Shown piece after piece: positions 17,950 through 27,899 of a stretch of DNA of 52,139 bases. Origin of the DNA: a virus (Duplodnaviria > Caudoviricetes). The first letter of the stretch is position 1. Each line of letters starts with the position of its first letter. The translations under genes and the position numbers were made by a program. The notes beneath the pieces were generated by a model. That model was not told the origin of the DNA, made no database searches, and was given only the letters and a program-made list of their open reading frames with translations. The DNA lies in IMG/VR virus record IMGVR_UViG_3300030419_007825, positions 1 through 52,139 of that record; one strand, given 5' to 3'.

Positions 17950-18302
17950 TGTTACTATATGGCACACTAATATTTTCGCTTTTAATTAACATCCTCTTAG
18001 GTTGGTATGTAACAAGGTTGCTTAAAAAATTTATGTATATTTCTGCGAATATGGCAGATTTGTACCTGATCACCAAAGCCTTTAATGTATTTGTGAGCGA
18101 CCTTTATAGTATGGATTCGTTTCATGGCGAACCCATGATAGAGGAAATGGTGACGCGGATCCGAGAAGTCTCCGAAGAGATGGAGGCTTTTAGAAGCATT
18201 TTTGAATATACATTAGATGAGGAAGTAGACAACGAACTAGAGGAAGCATTAAATGCCGAGGAAGAAGAGCAAAAAAAACCATTATTTTACGCAGGTCCAT
18301 GA
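17946..18302 (+). CDS. Hypothetical protein with N-terminal transmembrane helix
   Basis: Hydrophobic LLYGTLIFSLLINILLGWYV followed by an acidic helical tail. Confidence 0.6.
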   Translation: MMLLYGTLIFSLLINILLGWYVTRLLKKFMYISANMADLYLITKAFNVFVSDLYSMDSFHGEPMIEEMVTRIREVSEEMEAFRSIFEYTLDEEVDNELEEALNAEEEEQKKPLFYAGP

Positions 18303-18939
18303 AGACGCAATCGTTAAGTATGCGCTTTCGCAAGACAATGAGCTAAGATCTAAGCTTTACGAAGAATATATACAACCAGCTTTTGACCAGATGGTCGACA
18401 AGATTATTTATACATATCGTTTTACAACGTTGCCCAACATCGACTATTTAAAAGCCGACTGCAAAGTCTGGCTAACCACAATATTAAACAAATATGACCC
18501 CAGCAAAGGCTCTAAGGCCTTTTCATATTTCTCAGTGGTAACCAAAAACTGGTTTATCCACAAAGTGAAGAGGACCAAGAGAAGGCTCCAGACTGAGGTG
18601 TTCATGGAGGATCTCCTAAACGAAGTAGATGAAGACCTTGTATCCGATGAGGAGACTTATTTTGATCGAAGAGTTGAGCTAGAGTTTTGGAAATCTTTGA
18701 ATGGAGAAATTAGTACGTGGGACTCCTTTATGTTGAAGGAGAACGAAAAGAAGGTACTGATGGCGGTCCGCATTCTTTTAGACTCCGCAGATCAAATAGA
18801 AATTTTCAATAAAAAAGCTATTTACTTATATCTCCGGGAGATAACAGGTCTTAACACAAAACAGGTTGTTAATAATTTGAATAAGTTAAGAAAACGATAT
18901 AGGGTATTTAAAATTAAATGGGAAAACGGCGAGATCTAA
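18253..18939 (+). CDS. Phage RNA polymerase sigma factor (sigma70/gp55-related, probably late)
   Basis: Region-2-like KYDPSKGSKAFSYFSVVTKNWF, N-terminal NHYF...AIVKY, and C-terminal HTH-like LREITGLNTKQVVNNLNKLRKRY. Confidence 0.7.
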   Translation: MPRKKSKKNHYFTQVHEDAIVKYALSQDNELRSKLYEEYIQPAFDQMVDKIIYTYRFTTLPNIDYLKADCKVWLTTILNKYDPSKGSKAFSYFSVVTKNWFIHKVKRTKRRLQTEVFMEDLLNEVDEDLVSDEETYFDRRVELEFWKSLNGEISTWDSFMLKENEKKVLMAVRILLDSADQIEIFNKKAIYLYLREITGLNTKQVVNNLNKLRKRYRVFKIKWENGEI

Positions 18940-19226
18940 CCCTCGAAGAATATGTAGAGGAAACGACGACAAACATCCGGGAAGACCGGGCCATGGCTAA
19001 GACCCTGTTGATGGACGTCATGGCTGATATGTCCGCTAGCGCCCACGACCGCCGGGAATTTGGCCCCCTTGCAGCAAAGTTCGTAGAAAACCTACAGCGC
19101 TCCAACGAGCAAATGGTAAAACTAGCTGCCATATTGCAACGACAAAAGACGTCCTCTGTGGGCCTCACCGCGGGAGACAAGGAAGAACTCTTTGATCTTC
19201 TCAATGAGGGTAAAGAGGATGGCTAA
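18918..19226 (+). CDS. Hypothetical helical protein
   Basis: 102-aa ORF overlapping both neighbours in the operon. Confidence 0.6.
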   Translation: MGKRRDLTLEEYVEETTTNIREDRAMAKTLLMDVMADMSASAHDRREFGPLAAKFVENLQRSNEQMVKLAAILQRQKTSSVGLTAGDKEELFDLLNEGKEDG

Positions 19227-20370
19227 TGAGGATATTGCGACACTAGAGGCGCTTAGTCTTGTATATTCTGACTTTGGCCCCCAGAGACGATCTAATCCGT
19301 ATGTGGAGTCGGTAGATACGCGTTTTGAGAGCACCCTTGATGTGCTTCGAAGAGGTACCCTTAAGGGCTTCGAGGACAATATTTTGGGCAGTGGAGACAG
19401 TATCTTTGGGATAGTGCTCCGCGCCAACGACCCGGCCGCGAGCAATCCAGCCACCAACAGTACGGCCGAAACTATGAGCATCCTTTCCCGTATTTTTGGC
19501 ACGCCCCAGTCGGTTATTCACGGCGCCCGAATAAAAGTTCTTAAGACTCCTCATACTGATATTTTTATGGATCCCCTTACTTATGACCAGACTTTAGAAG
19601 ATGCGTTGCGCATTGATAACTTTCCCTTGTTTCTCTATGACGCGAGTAAAATAACAATCGAGCCAGGAAGCTTTATATATGGCAATTTTGATGCACACAC
19701 TCTCCGCAGCGGCCTTATCGGCGAGGTGGCCGACTTGCCTCCCTTTGCTCTTGGAGTGCAGTCTTCGGCCTTGACGGCCGGTAGTTATGCCTCGGCTGCG
19801 GCCTCGACCGTGGAGGATTTTGTGCAATCATTAATGCGGGATCCCCCGCCTCCTTTGGAGGGCGCAGAAGTTTATGCTCCTTACTCACCTGAGGCCATGA
19901 AGCTTTTTGAGGAAGCTTTGGAATATGCTAGTCTGGATATTGGCTGGGCATACTTGGATAGCACTCATTATATCTTGAGCAAAGAAAGCGGCGGAAAGGT
20001 GGGGATTCCTAACTATACTTATAGAATTTTGACAGGCAGAGACCCTGTAGAAATCCCCAATATTAAAGATAAGCCAGAGCACTGGCCCACCACGTGGGCT
20101 GCGGCAAAAGCTGGAAATTTTGGAACATACTTGGGGAGATCCACGGCCACCGGGTTAGGTCAACTTTTGCAGAGTAACGCAGCTAAGTTTTACCCCAATG
20201 GTGTTGATGGCATCGGTGATGCGTTTAACGAAGCTGTAGGTTTTGTACGCTATATTTATGACCGCTACGGCGACCCCGACACTGCCCGCAGTGTATATGG
20301 GCGCATAGGAAGTTACCGTAACTCCAGGACTGGAGTGGTAATGAAAAAGACATTCAGAGAGGGGTATTAA
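19219..20370 (+). CDS. Putative baseplate-hub protein with C-terminal lytic transglycosylase (SLT/lysozyme-like) domain
   Basis: ILSKESGG (catalytic ES), ATGLGQL, and RYIYDRYG. Lies at the start of the baseplate block; SD GAGG before ATG 19219. Confidence 0.65.
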   Translation: MANEDIATLEALSLVYSDFGPQRRSNPYVESVDTRFESTLDVLRRGTLKGFEDNILGSGDSIFGIVLRANDPAASNPATNSTAETMSILSRIFGTPQSVIHGARIKVLKTPHTDIFMDPLTYDQTLEDALRIDNFPLFLYDASKITIEPGSFIYGNFDAHTLRSGLIGEVADLPPFALGVQSSALTAGSYASAAASTVEDFVQSLMRDPPPPLEGAEVYAPYSPEAMKLFEEALEYASLDIGWAYLDSTHYILSKESGGKVGIPNYTYRILTGRDPVEIPNIKDKPEHWPTTWAAAKAGNFGTYLGRSTATGLGQLLQSNAAKFYPNGVDGIGDAFNEAVGFVRYIYDRYGDPDTARSVYGRIGSYRNSRTGVVMKKTFREGY

Positions 20371-20374
20371 AAAA

Positions 20375-21328
20375 ATGGATAACAAGAACTTTCAGCCTAA
20401 ACCAGATCCGCCTCTCGTAGATTCGGATAAGCTAGGCCCACGAGACCGTGCTCTCTTTGACGACGGCCCCGGCTCTTTTTCGTTTTTAGGTTTCGGCCAC
20501 ACGCCAACCTTGGGCCCGCGCCCTAAACGAAATGTGGGCCTCGCCGAGCGCGTATACGGGTGTCCTACTGTTAATGGTTCCTTTACGATGGGGAACCAAA
20601 GAGGAAACGGTGGCCTCGCCGAGGGCTATGGCGGCCAGGGGATTGAATCTCCCACTATTGACCTTACGGTGGGTCATATGGGCCCGTATGCTAAGACTAC
20701 TGACGGGAATGGCCGCCAGCTCCTTTATAATCCTAACAAAGAAATTGACGCAGCTAGTTTTTATATATCGTCTCTAGACACTCCCGACGAGGTTTTAAAC
20801 TTGCCGGATGGAAGTATCGGAAATAAAAAGGGTCTCTCATCTATTGCCGGCATTGCTGAGGCGATCCGATTCCGCGCTAAAGGGGAGGGAGGCATGAAAT
20901 TTGTGTGCCTTCCATCAAATCGTTCCAGCCGCGGCCAAAAGAACCTCGAAAACGCGGTCATTGAGTTCATCGGCGATACCGAAGCATCCACTCAGCCATT
21001 GGTGTTAGGGGATAATCTCATAGCGCTTCTAAAAGAAATGAGCGAAGATATTGATAACGTGCGGGAAACAATGAGCGGCTTTATCAAAGACCAGGGTGAA
21101 TTAAACGATAAGGTGATGAATCATAATCACAATTCTCCCTTTTATGCACTGACAACTGCCCCGGCGTTTAATCTCCTTTTTGAGGGAATTAAATCGGCTT
21201 TTAAGAGGGTGGCTGTAACAGAGGTTAATGCGATTAATACCATCGTTAATAAAGAATCCAGTCAAAGCAATTATTTTACTCCTATGCAAGAAAAATATAT
21301 TTTAAGTTCCCTAGTAAGGACAACATAG
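20375..21328 (+). CDS. Putative baseplate central spike (gp5 C-terminal/gpV-like)
   Basis: Gly-rich beta-like N-half, QPLVLGDNL, a coiled segment, then an HxH metal-tip motif (NHNHNSP). Position just upstream of wedge genes. Confidence 0.5.
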   Translation: MDNKNFQPKPDPPLVDSDKLGPRDRALFDDGPGSFSFLGFGHTPTLGPRPKRNVGLAERVYGCPTVNGSFTMGNQRGNGGLAEGYGGQGIESPTIDLTVGHMGPYAKTTDGNGRQLLYNPNKEIDAASFYISSLDTPDEVLNLPDGSIGNKKGLSSIAGIAEAIRFRAKGEGGMKFVCLPSNRSSRGQKNLENAVIEFIGDTEASTQPLVLGDNLIALLKEMSEDIDNVRETMSGFIKDQGELNDKVMNHNHNSPFYALTTAPAFNLLFEGIKSAFKRVAVTEVNAINTIVNKESSQSNYFTPMQEKYILSSLVRTT

Positions 21329-21329
21329 G

Positions 21330-24300
21330 ATGGCAACAATTTCCCAAGCCCCAGCGATGACTGCCTCCAATCCGCAAACGGTGGCACAGAGACTTAAGTG
21401 GCACACACGCCGAATAGAAAAACCTTATGAGACGGGTACTCAAATTTTTATTAATGTTTATTCTTCTGTCATCGAGCGTGGTCGAGAAGCGACTGACTAT
21501 TTTACCGCACTTAACGAGAGTCACGCACGCCGGCTCATCCTAGATTTTTATGGGAAACCTTTGGGTTTTATGGTGCCCGTCACTCCGGCCAATATCTTCT
21601 TTCCCTCTCGGGAACTCTCTAGCCCCATTCTTCAGTTCGCCGTTTCTAAAGAAGTACTGGAGGAGGTGCCTGATGCATCGGGCGATACGGAAGGATATCT
21701 TGTACAGAACCTTATAACCTCTAGACAGATTAATAAATTTACCAAAGATATTAATACCCTCTTCCCGGTATATCAACAACAATTAAAATTTTTCAACGGC
21801 GCTATATTTCCGAGAATCAATTTCCTGGACCTCTCCGACAAGGTCGGGCTCTTCTTTGCGAACCTCCGAGATTTTATAGAATTTAATGGATATACCCAAG
21901 ATCAATATCAGAAAATAGGATTGAAGTTTGATGACAACTATCTGGTTCAAAGCGTAATACTACAGCAGGCTGATAAGGATCGTATTACCAACATTCCGCT
22001 GGTGCGGGGAGTAAAATATTATTTTGAAACCAAAAAGGAAGGACGTAATCCATATGTGAATGAGCTGGTGTCCAACATGGAAAGTGTCCTGTTCGACAGA
22101 CGCCAGAAGCTTAATTGGACACAGTTCTTATATCAATACCTGCCGAATTCTGGCATCGAGGTCAACTTCTTTGGCAAGCCCAGCACCGAAACAGAAGCCA
22201 GTAAAGCTAACAAAAGAGCCGAGGAGGGACCTTGGGGCCCTCTGGCCGCGACTGATGAAGAGGTTGAAGCGATACGTCGGTCTATTGATGATCGACAAGT
22301 CCAGGTAAAGGCTTTTGACGAAGCTAATAAATCAATCCGGGAAATTAATCAAAGTTTACAGAAGCGCCTAGAATCAATCGTCGCCGAGATGGAAAATATT
22401 ACCGGCGAGGTCGACAAGGTGATGGGAATTCTAAATAAATTTAATGTGACCACCTTGATTGAAGCTGCGCTAGAGTGTTTGCTAGTGAAGCAGGGCTTTA
22501 ACGGGGCTCTCCCCGATTTTCTCCCGGGCATTAATCCATTTAAACCAGAACCACCAAGGATAAAATTCCAATTACCAGAGATACCGACTAAGTTACCCAT
22601 CATATCAATTAACAAAGCGCTACAGGTTCAAATCAGGGAGGGTTTGAAGAGAGCCCTGATGGCCTCTTTAATGTCGATCCTGGAGTCGCTGGCGGGCATA
22701 ATAAAAGAATTCTGCCTAGAGACAGGAGATGAAGGCCCATCTCAACCTGCACAAGATGTTGTGGGCGACTTTTTAGATCCTTTAGAAGGGCCCAACCCAC
22801 TTCATCAGTGCTATATGGATTTTGGGTTCATAGTCAGTTCTCCGGATTTATTTGAGGTACCAGCTGGTCTCACGGAATCGTCAGTCCTAGAGGGATATTT
22901 GACGGAGTTTGCGCCTCTTATCACTCCGCGAGAATTATGTGATTTGTTTAATAATATAGCTTCTGCGGATGTCTTGCAGATTGCAAATAATTTAATCGAT
23001 GCTTCCTGGTCACAGCTTCGACAAAACTTTCCAGACGAAGAAGCGATACAGAGCTTTTTCGCATGTATCGGCGATCTAGTAGATCCCACCTATTGTCAGG
23101 ATGTATATAACGGACTTATCCCGCAGCTCCCCGATATTGATCCTTGTACTATTGAAGATATGCAGCCCTATCAGGACATTGTTGATCTATTAGAAAACTT
23201 AGAGGATCTTCTAGAGGCCCCGGATATGGCTTGTGGTGCGGGTATTGTCCCGGCCCTAGCCGACATTGATTCCTACAACAATTCCGTTACGGGCCTTATT
23301 GATACAGTGGTGTCCACTATTCAGCAGATGTTTGTTAATGATTTGGGGAACTTTAAGAGTGCCGCTTTATTGCCGAAGCCCCTCGGCCGCGCGGATCAAA
23401 AAAAGCTGACAGAGTTGGAGAATTTACTACAATTTATTGAGGGCCCCCCGGAACCCGAGATCCCGGAAGGGTCGGATCAGTTCTTTAACAATCTTATTCC
23501 TCAGCGCCTTGTTCAAACCTCAAATGATTTTAAAAATATTCATAATGCTCTCACCAGACAGGCACAACAATCACTAGAAGAGAACATAAAAGATATTTTA
23601 GCCAAGCAAGAGTTTCTTGTGGCTCCTGGAACTCGTGCTCTATATGAGGCTATTGAGGATAATTTTGACACAAGTTTATTGTTTGATGAAGGTGGGGATC
23701 TCGCTTCTTTGGCGTCGCCCCTCCTCGCGGTGACATATTATGCTTTTTCCACCCAGTTGGTGTTGGACATGCCTTTCCTGGCGCGCGGTGGCACACAGGG
23801 GAAAGATATCCTCTACGCAATGCGAGGCTCCTTAGAGGAGGCCTCAGATGCCTTGGCTATCTTGTCCTTACCGTTAATTACCGCGGAGCAAAAAGCTGAG
23901 AAACGCGGCATGTTGGATCTTCAAGATGCTCTGAGTCCTGTTGCTGTGGCCTTTGCTATGAGTTTTCTCAATAATACAGTCACCGATTTTACGGAGAAGC
24001 TCTTCTCCTATATGGAATCTCAACACTCTGAGCCCCTTAATCAACAGTTACTTCAAAATAAATCCCTCATGAAGCTTTATCCTTATTTTAACTTTGGATT
24101 AATAAATTCTATTGCTTATAAGATCTCAAATTCGGATTTATTCAACGCAGATACATTTGCGTCCTTAAATCTATTTCCAAAACTTTGCCAGGACGGCTCA
24201 ATAAGTAATTCGGATTTGCTCGATGTTAATGGTATCAAGCAAAGTGCGCTCCAAGAGTTTGTAGATAATTCGTGCATTGATAGAGAATTCGAGCTGGGCC

Positions 24301-27300
24301 CCGTGAGGGACGCCGGCCTTCTGGCAATTGTCGAACTATACATGCAGGTCTTAATTGTGGATCTGATTTTAAAGAACATTTTTATTACTTCTACATTTGG
24401 CATTGATTATCTTTCGAAGGCTCCCGAAATATTAGAGGAGCTAATAAATCAGATAACTACGTCGACGGCTCCCGCTGCAAGGGTTCTCAGTGTTCCCTTT
24501 AATAAATTACCCTCTTTGCTGCGCCAGGGCGCTGCTATTCTTGTTAAGAAGGTGGTGGACCGCTCTCAACAGCCTGGGATGCCCTCCTTTAAATATCCTA
24601 TCTCGGGAGAGTTACCGACAGACCAACGACAATTTATAAATAATCCTGAAAACAGTTTCGGACCGTCAGGCGTTCCTATAGAAAATTCTATGATGCAGAG
24701 TATAGCCATTCAATATTTGTTCGAAAAAAGATTACTTAGCACCAGAGACAAGATTGAAGACTTCTTCGGTGTGCGGGGTAATAATCTGGTGGAGACCTAT
24801 CTCTATAATGGCGTTCAATTTGCGGATATGAAAATGCTTGCGTTGGACTGGCCTGCTAGCTCTGTGGGCTCCAATGTAGCACCCCTCAATTACTTTACCT
24901 CCTATAACTACGTTGCTCAGGGTAGGGAAATATATGATGAATATATCTGGGGCGGCCTTCCTGACGACACGCGCGCGGCTTTTGAGGGGAGCATAGCAGA
25001 ACAAAAACTACAGAAGGAGGCAGACTCCATCCTCAAATATGGCACCATGGCTGCCGAGAAGTACTTCGAAGTGACATTTTCTCCATCTGAGCTGGAGTCG
25101 TGGGACGGACCTCTTGCCGTAAAAGAGGCTGTTCTCGCAAAGTTTGATGAATTAGTACCGCTGGGCACCGCCGCCGGTCAGGGAGTTATGGTTCTAGGCG
25201 GCCCCCCACCCAATCGAAAGTACCTCCTCAGTTTTGATCAAATGCTTGAGGTTCTTTATTTAGTTGTTGCTTCACTCGATGTTCGACGTCTTTTGCTTGA
25301 CGATGCTCTTCCTGTATACTTGAGTGGCTATAATTTGGAGCAACAGCAACCCGAAGTCGGCCCGGTCACGAGCACCGGCCGCGACTACCGCACAGGGCCC
25401 ACAAAGATAGAGGTCAATAATGGTACGTATAATGATTCAGGTCCTAGGAATTTGTCGGATTATACGTTAATTAGGGACTGGTGGAAGCATGTGAGTAGAT
25501 CGGGAGTAAACGTACTCAGTGATTGGTGGAACCCGGACCAGTCCGATTGGCATTCAAGTTGGTCTGAGGATCCCATGAAACTACCGCTTTACGGGCCCCT
25601 CAGGCAAGAAGACAATTCAGTACCGGACTGGCCAGCCATCACCAGTGAGAATGCAGTGTCCCTCATGGAAGTCAACTGGCTCGCTTTGTCGTGGCCACCG
25701 ATCACCGACGACAACGGCTTCAGCATTCTCGCTATCCATCCGCGAGTTCTTCGCGAGTACGACAACGGCATCCGCGAGCTGGCCTCCGACCCCTATAAAT
25801 CAATGCTCTATAATGCGCGCCTTTTTTCTGGATTGAACATATTTGGATACCAATCATTTAATTTGGAAGATGCAGTTGGCCTTGAGTCCAACCAGGTCCT
25901 CGAACCGGGTGCAACCCGTGTTATAGCAGAGTCTACAAACTTTGCCATTGTAGTGTCTCCGGTGAACACGGTTCGGGGGTGGCACTTTGAGGATGACGTC
26001 TTTTATGTCGGCTTCAAGAAAAAGACTCCCGAGGACACCTTACCTCTCACGGAGTCTCCGGAGGATGGCCAGCCTACATTTTATTCATCTATAGACTTCT
26101 TTGACGGCAATGAAGATACCGAGCTGTTGCAGCGCTATAGATATGAGAATTTGGTAGAGGTTTTTGAGCAGTATCCCAACGAAGAGGCATTAATGGCCGG
26201 CGCGCCCGTACAGTTCCATGAAGGCCTGACAGGGGCATTCCGAGTCGACCTTCGAGACCAGGGCTCCGATATCACCACGGCCCTCCGCCGCACTATAGAA
26301 CAGGGTAAGTCCGGCGAATCACCTCTTGCTAGGTTCCTACAAGCTATACTCCCAGAGGTGTTGATGAAAACCAGAATGACGTACATCACTCCCCAGGATA
26401 GAGATGTGGGGGGAGTAGTATCAGATGTCGCTGATAACGAGCTGCTCGTAAAATCGTTAAATACCTTTTATAAGGTGCATCCTGGGTCGACCAGCTGGCA
26501 TGTAGCCACAGACTATCAGGCTGAAGTAGATGTAACAAATAGTTTATTTAGCGACGAGGCACTGGAAGATTTCTCGGCTGAAAGTGGTACTCTTTATATG
26601 AACCGGCTGTTTGAGAACGCGATGCCGGATTTGGTACCCCAACTCGCTTCGTCCCTACAAAATTTAATCGGAGAAGAAGGTCCTATAGATTTGTCGGGGA
26701 CGCTACGCTATTTGTATATAACGGGAGAAATTAAAACATATTATGACCTCTTTACCAATGTTGACATATTTGCCGACACAAAAGCTGCGCTGCTATTAGC
26801 CCTGCAAGCGGCCTTTGGTTTGGAGGAGAGCGAGTGCGATCAGTCAGCACTTCATAACGCACTCTTAAGCGGCGCGAACCGCGCCCTCACCCCGCTTGCT
26901 GGCCTTGGAAACTCATTCTTAAACAAGATGCTACAAGAAACCCCCAAGTACATTCTAAAGGGAGTAGTGGAGCTTACAGAGCCGCATGTCATTATTAGCA
27001 AGTTGGTGAAAGATATCTCCCGCCAGGCATTTCAACAGATTCGAGCAGTACAAGATACCGGAGAACAAATTGCCGACGCCATAGGCGCAGGCGCCAATTC
27101 ATTGCCCGCAGGCGAACTGGCCCTTGGCGGATCTTCTAATTGTGCGACGGGAGACTTACCTCCCGATGCGCAGGTGGACTTGGCCGCCCTCCGCGCATCG
27201 TTGCCCGATACTCCGGATCTAGATCGTATTCTGTCTATGATTCAGACTGAGATCGACCGCGGCTTCCCCGAAGGCTTCCCGGATGCCTTGAAGCCCTCGG

Positions 27301-27446
27301 CCACCGAGAAAGATGGTATTAATTTGGAAGGAACCATTCCGTATTCATTTTTTGTGCCTCCACTAACACCGTTTGGCATCATCTATCTTCTGCTCCGATT
27401 ATCAGAACTTGGTCAACAAGAGCTGGAGACAGATGAAGAGTGTTAA
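21330..27446 (+). CDS. Giant (2038 aa) hypothetical virion-associated protein
   Basis: Uninterrupted 6.1-kb ORF between the spike and gp25-like genes. Acidic, largely helical, with no recognisable motif. Confidence 0.6.
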   Translation: MATISQAPAMTASNPQTVAQRLKWHTRRIEKPYETGTQIFINVYSSVIERGREATDYFTALNESHARRLILDFYGKPLGFMVPVTPANIFFPSRELSSPILQFAVSKEVLEEVPDASGDTEGYLVQNLITSRQINKFTKDINTLFPVYQQQLKFFNGAIFPRINFLDLSDKVGLFFANLRDFIEFNGYTQDQYQKIGLKFDDNYLVQSVILQQADKDRITNIPLVRGVKYYFETKKEGRNPYVNELVSNMESVLFDRRQKLNWTQFLYQYLPNSGIEVNFFGKPSTETEASKANKRAEEGPWGPLAATDEEVEAIRRSIDDRQVQVKAFDEANKSIREINQSLQKRLESIVAEMENITGEVDKVMGILNKFNVTTLIEAALECLLVKQGFNGALPDFLPGINPFKPEPPRIKFQLPEIPTKLPIISINKALQVQIREGLKRALMASLMSILESLAGIIKEFCLETGDEGPSQPAQDVVGDFLDPLEGPNPLHQCYMDFGFIVSSPDLFEVPAGLTESSVLEGYLTEFAPLITPRELCDLFNNIASADVLQIANNLIDASWSQLRQNFPDEEAIQSFFACIGDLVDPTYCQDVYNGLIPQLPDIDPCTIEDMQPYQDIVDLLENLEDLLEAPDMACGAGIVPALADIDSYNNSVTGLIDTVVSTIQQMFVNDLGNFKSAALLPKPLGRADQKKLTELENLLQFIEGPPEPEIPEGSDQFFNNLIPQRLVQTSNDFKNIHNALTRQAQQSLEENIKDILAKQEFLVAPGTRALYEAIEDNFDTSLLFDEGGDLASLASPLLAVTYYAFSTQLVLDMPFLARGGTQGKDILYAMRGSLEEASDALAILSLPLITAEQKAEKRGMLDLQDALSPVAVAFAMSFLNNTVTDFTEKLFSYMESQHSEPLNQQLLQNKSLMKLYPYFNFGLINSIAYKISNSDLFNADTFASLNLFPKLCQDGSISNSDLLDVNGIKQSALQEFVDNSCIDREFELGPVRDAGLLAIVELYMQVLIVDLILKNIFITSTFGIDYLSKAPEILEELINQITTSTAPAARVLSVPFNKLPSLLRQGAAILVKKVVDRSQQPGMPSFKYPISGELPTDQRQFINNPENSFGPSGVPIENSMMQSIAIQYLFEKRLLSTRDKIEDFFGVRGNNLVETYLYNGVQFADMKMLALDWPASSVGSNVAPLNYFTSYNYVAQGREIYDEYIWGGLPDDTRAAFEGSIAEQKLQKEADSILKYGTMAAEKYFEVTFSPSELESWDGPLAVKEAVLAKFDELVPLGTAAGQGVMVLGGPPPNRKYLLSFDQMLEVLYLVVASLDVRRLLLDDALPVYLSGYNLEQQQPEVGPVTSTGRDYRTGPTKIEVNNGTYNDSGPRNLSDYTLIRDWWKHVSRSGVNVLSDWWNPDQSDWHSSWSEDPMKLPLYGPLRQEDNSVPDWPAITSENAVSLMEVNWLALSWPPITDDNGFSILAIHPRVLREYDNGIRELASDPYKSMLYNARLFSGLNIFGYQSFNLEDAVGLESNQVLEPGATRVIAESTNFAIVVSPVNTVRGWHFEDDVFYVGFKKKTPEDTLPLTESPEDGQPTFYSSIDFFDGNEDTELLQRYRYENLVEVFEQYPNEEALMAGAPVQFHEGLTGAFRVDLRDQGSDITTALRRTIEQGKSGESPLARFLQAILPEVLMKTRMTYITPQDRDVGGVVSDVADNELLVKSLNTFYKVHPGSTSWHVATDYQAEVDVTNSLFSDEALEDFSAESGTLYMNRLFENAMPDLVPQLASSLQNLIGEEGPIDLSGTLRYLYITGEIKTYYDLFTNVDIFADTKAALLLALQAAFGLEESECDQSALHNALLSGANRALTPLAGLGNSFLNKMLQETPKYILKGVVELTEPHVIISKLVKDISRQAFQQIRAVQDTGEQIADAIGAGANSLPAGELALGGSSNCATGDLPPDAQVDLAALRASLPDTPDLDRILSMIQTEIDRGFPEGFPDALKPSATEKDGINLEGTIPYSFFVPPLTPFGIIYLLLRLSELGQQELETDEEC

Positions 27447-27458
27447 AGAATTTAGTTT

Positions 27459-27469
27459 AAACTAGTTAT
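27459..27469 (+). promoter_or_regulatory. Candidate late-promoter element AAACTAGTTAT
   Basis: Intergenic, 18 nt before the gp25-like ATG; 10/11 identical to AAACTATTTAT at 48107-48117. Confidence 0.35.
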
Positions 27470-27487
27470 AGCAGCGGGTTTTTTATT

Positions 27488-27889
27488 ATGATCGGGTTGT
27501 CTCCAAAATTTCCTCTAGAAATCGATACATCAGTGGGTGCGTATGCACTAAATACCACCCTTAAAGAGGTAGTAAAGCAGAACTTTATCAACTTGATGCT
27601 TACGGCCCCGGGGGAAAGAATCGCTGACATTGAATTTGGAGCGGGGTTAAGACATTATCTTTTTGAACAAAACACTCCCGGTCTTCATAGCGAGATAGCC
27701 ACCAAGATACAAGAGCAAACTAAAAAGTATATGCCCTTTGTATCCCTCGGCTCTATCTCCTTTAACAAAAGCCAACTTTTGAATGGATATGAGGACCAGA
27801 TACTAATTATATCAATAAGTTTTGCGATACCTTCGATCGGGGCAGACGAAGTGATAGTAGAGATAGGATCTGCTGTTGAAGTAATATAG
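27488..27889 (+). CDS. Baseplate wedge protein, T4 gp25-like
   Basis: VKQNFINLMLTAPGERIADIEFGAGLRHYLFE...YMPFV is the GPW_gp25 signature (LLTxPGER...FG..L...LFE). Confidence 0.9.
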   Translation: MIGLSPKFPLEIDTSVGAYALNTTLKEVVKQNFINLMLTAPGERIADIEFGAGLRHYLFEQNTPGLHSEIATKIQEQTKKYMPFVSLGSISFNKSQLLNGYEDQILIISISFAIPSIGADEVIVEIGSAVEVI

Positions 27890-27899
27890 GATTTAGATT

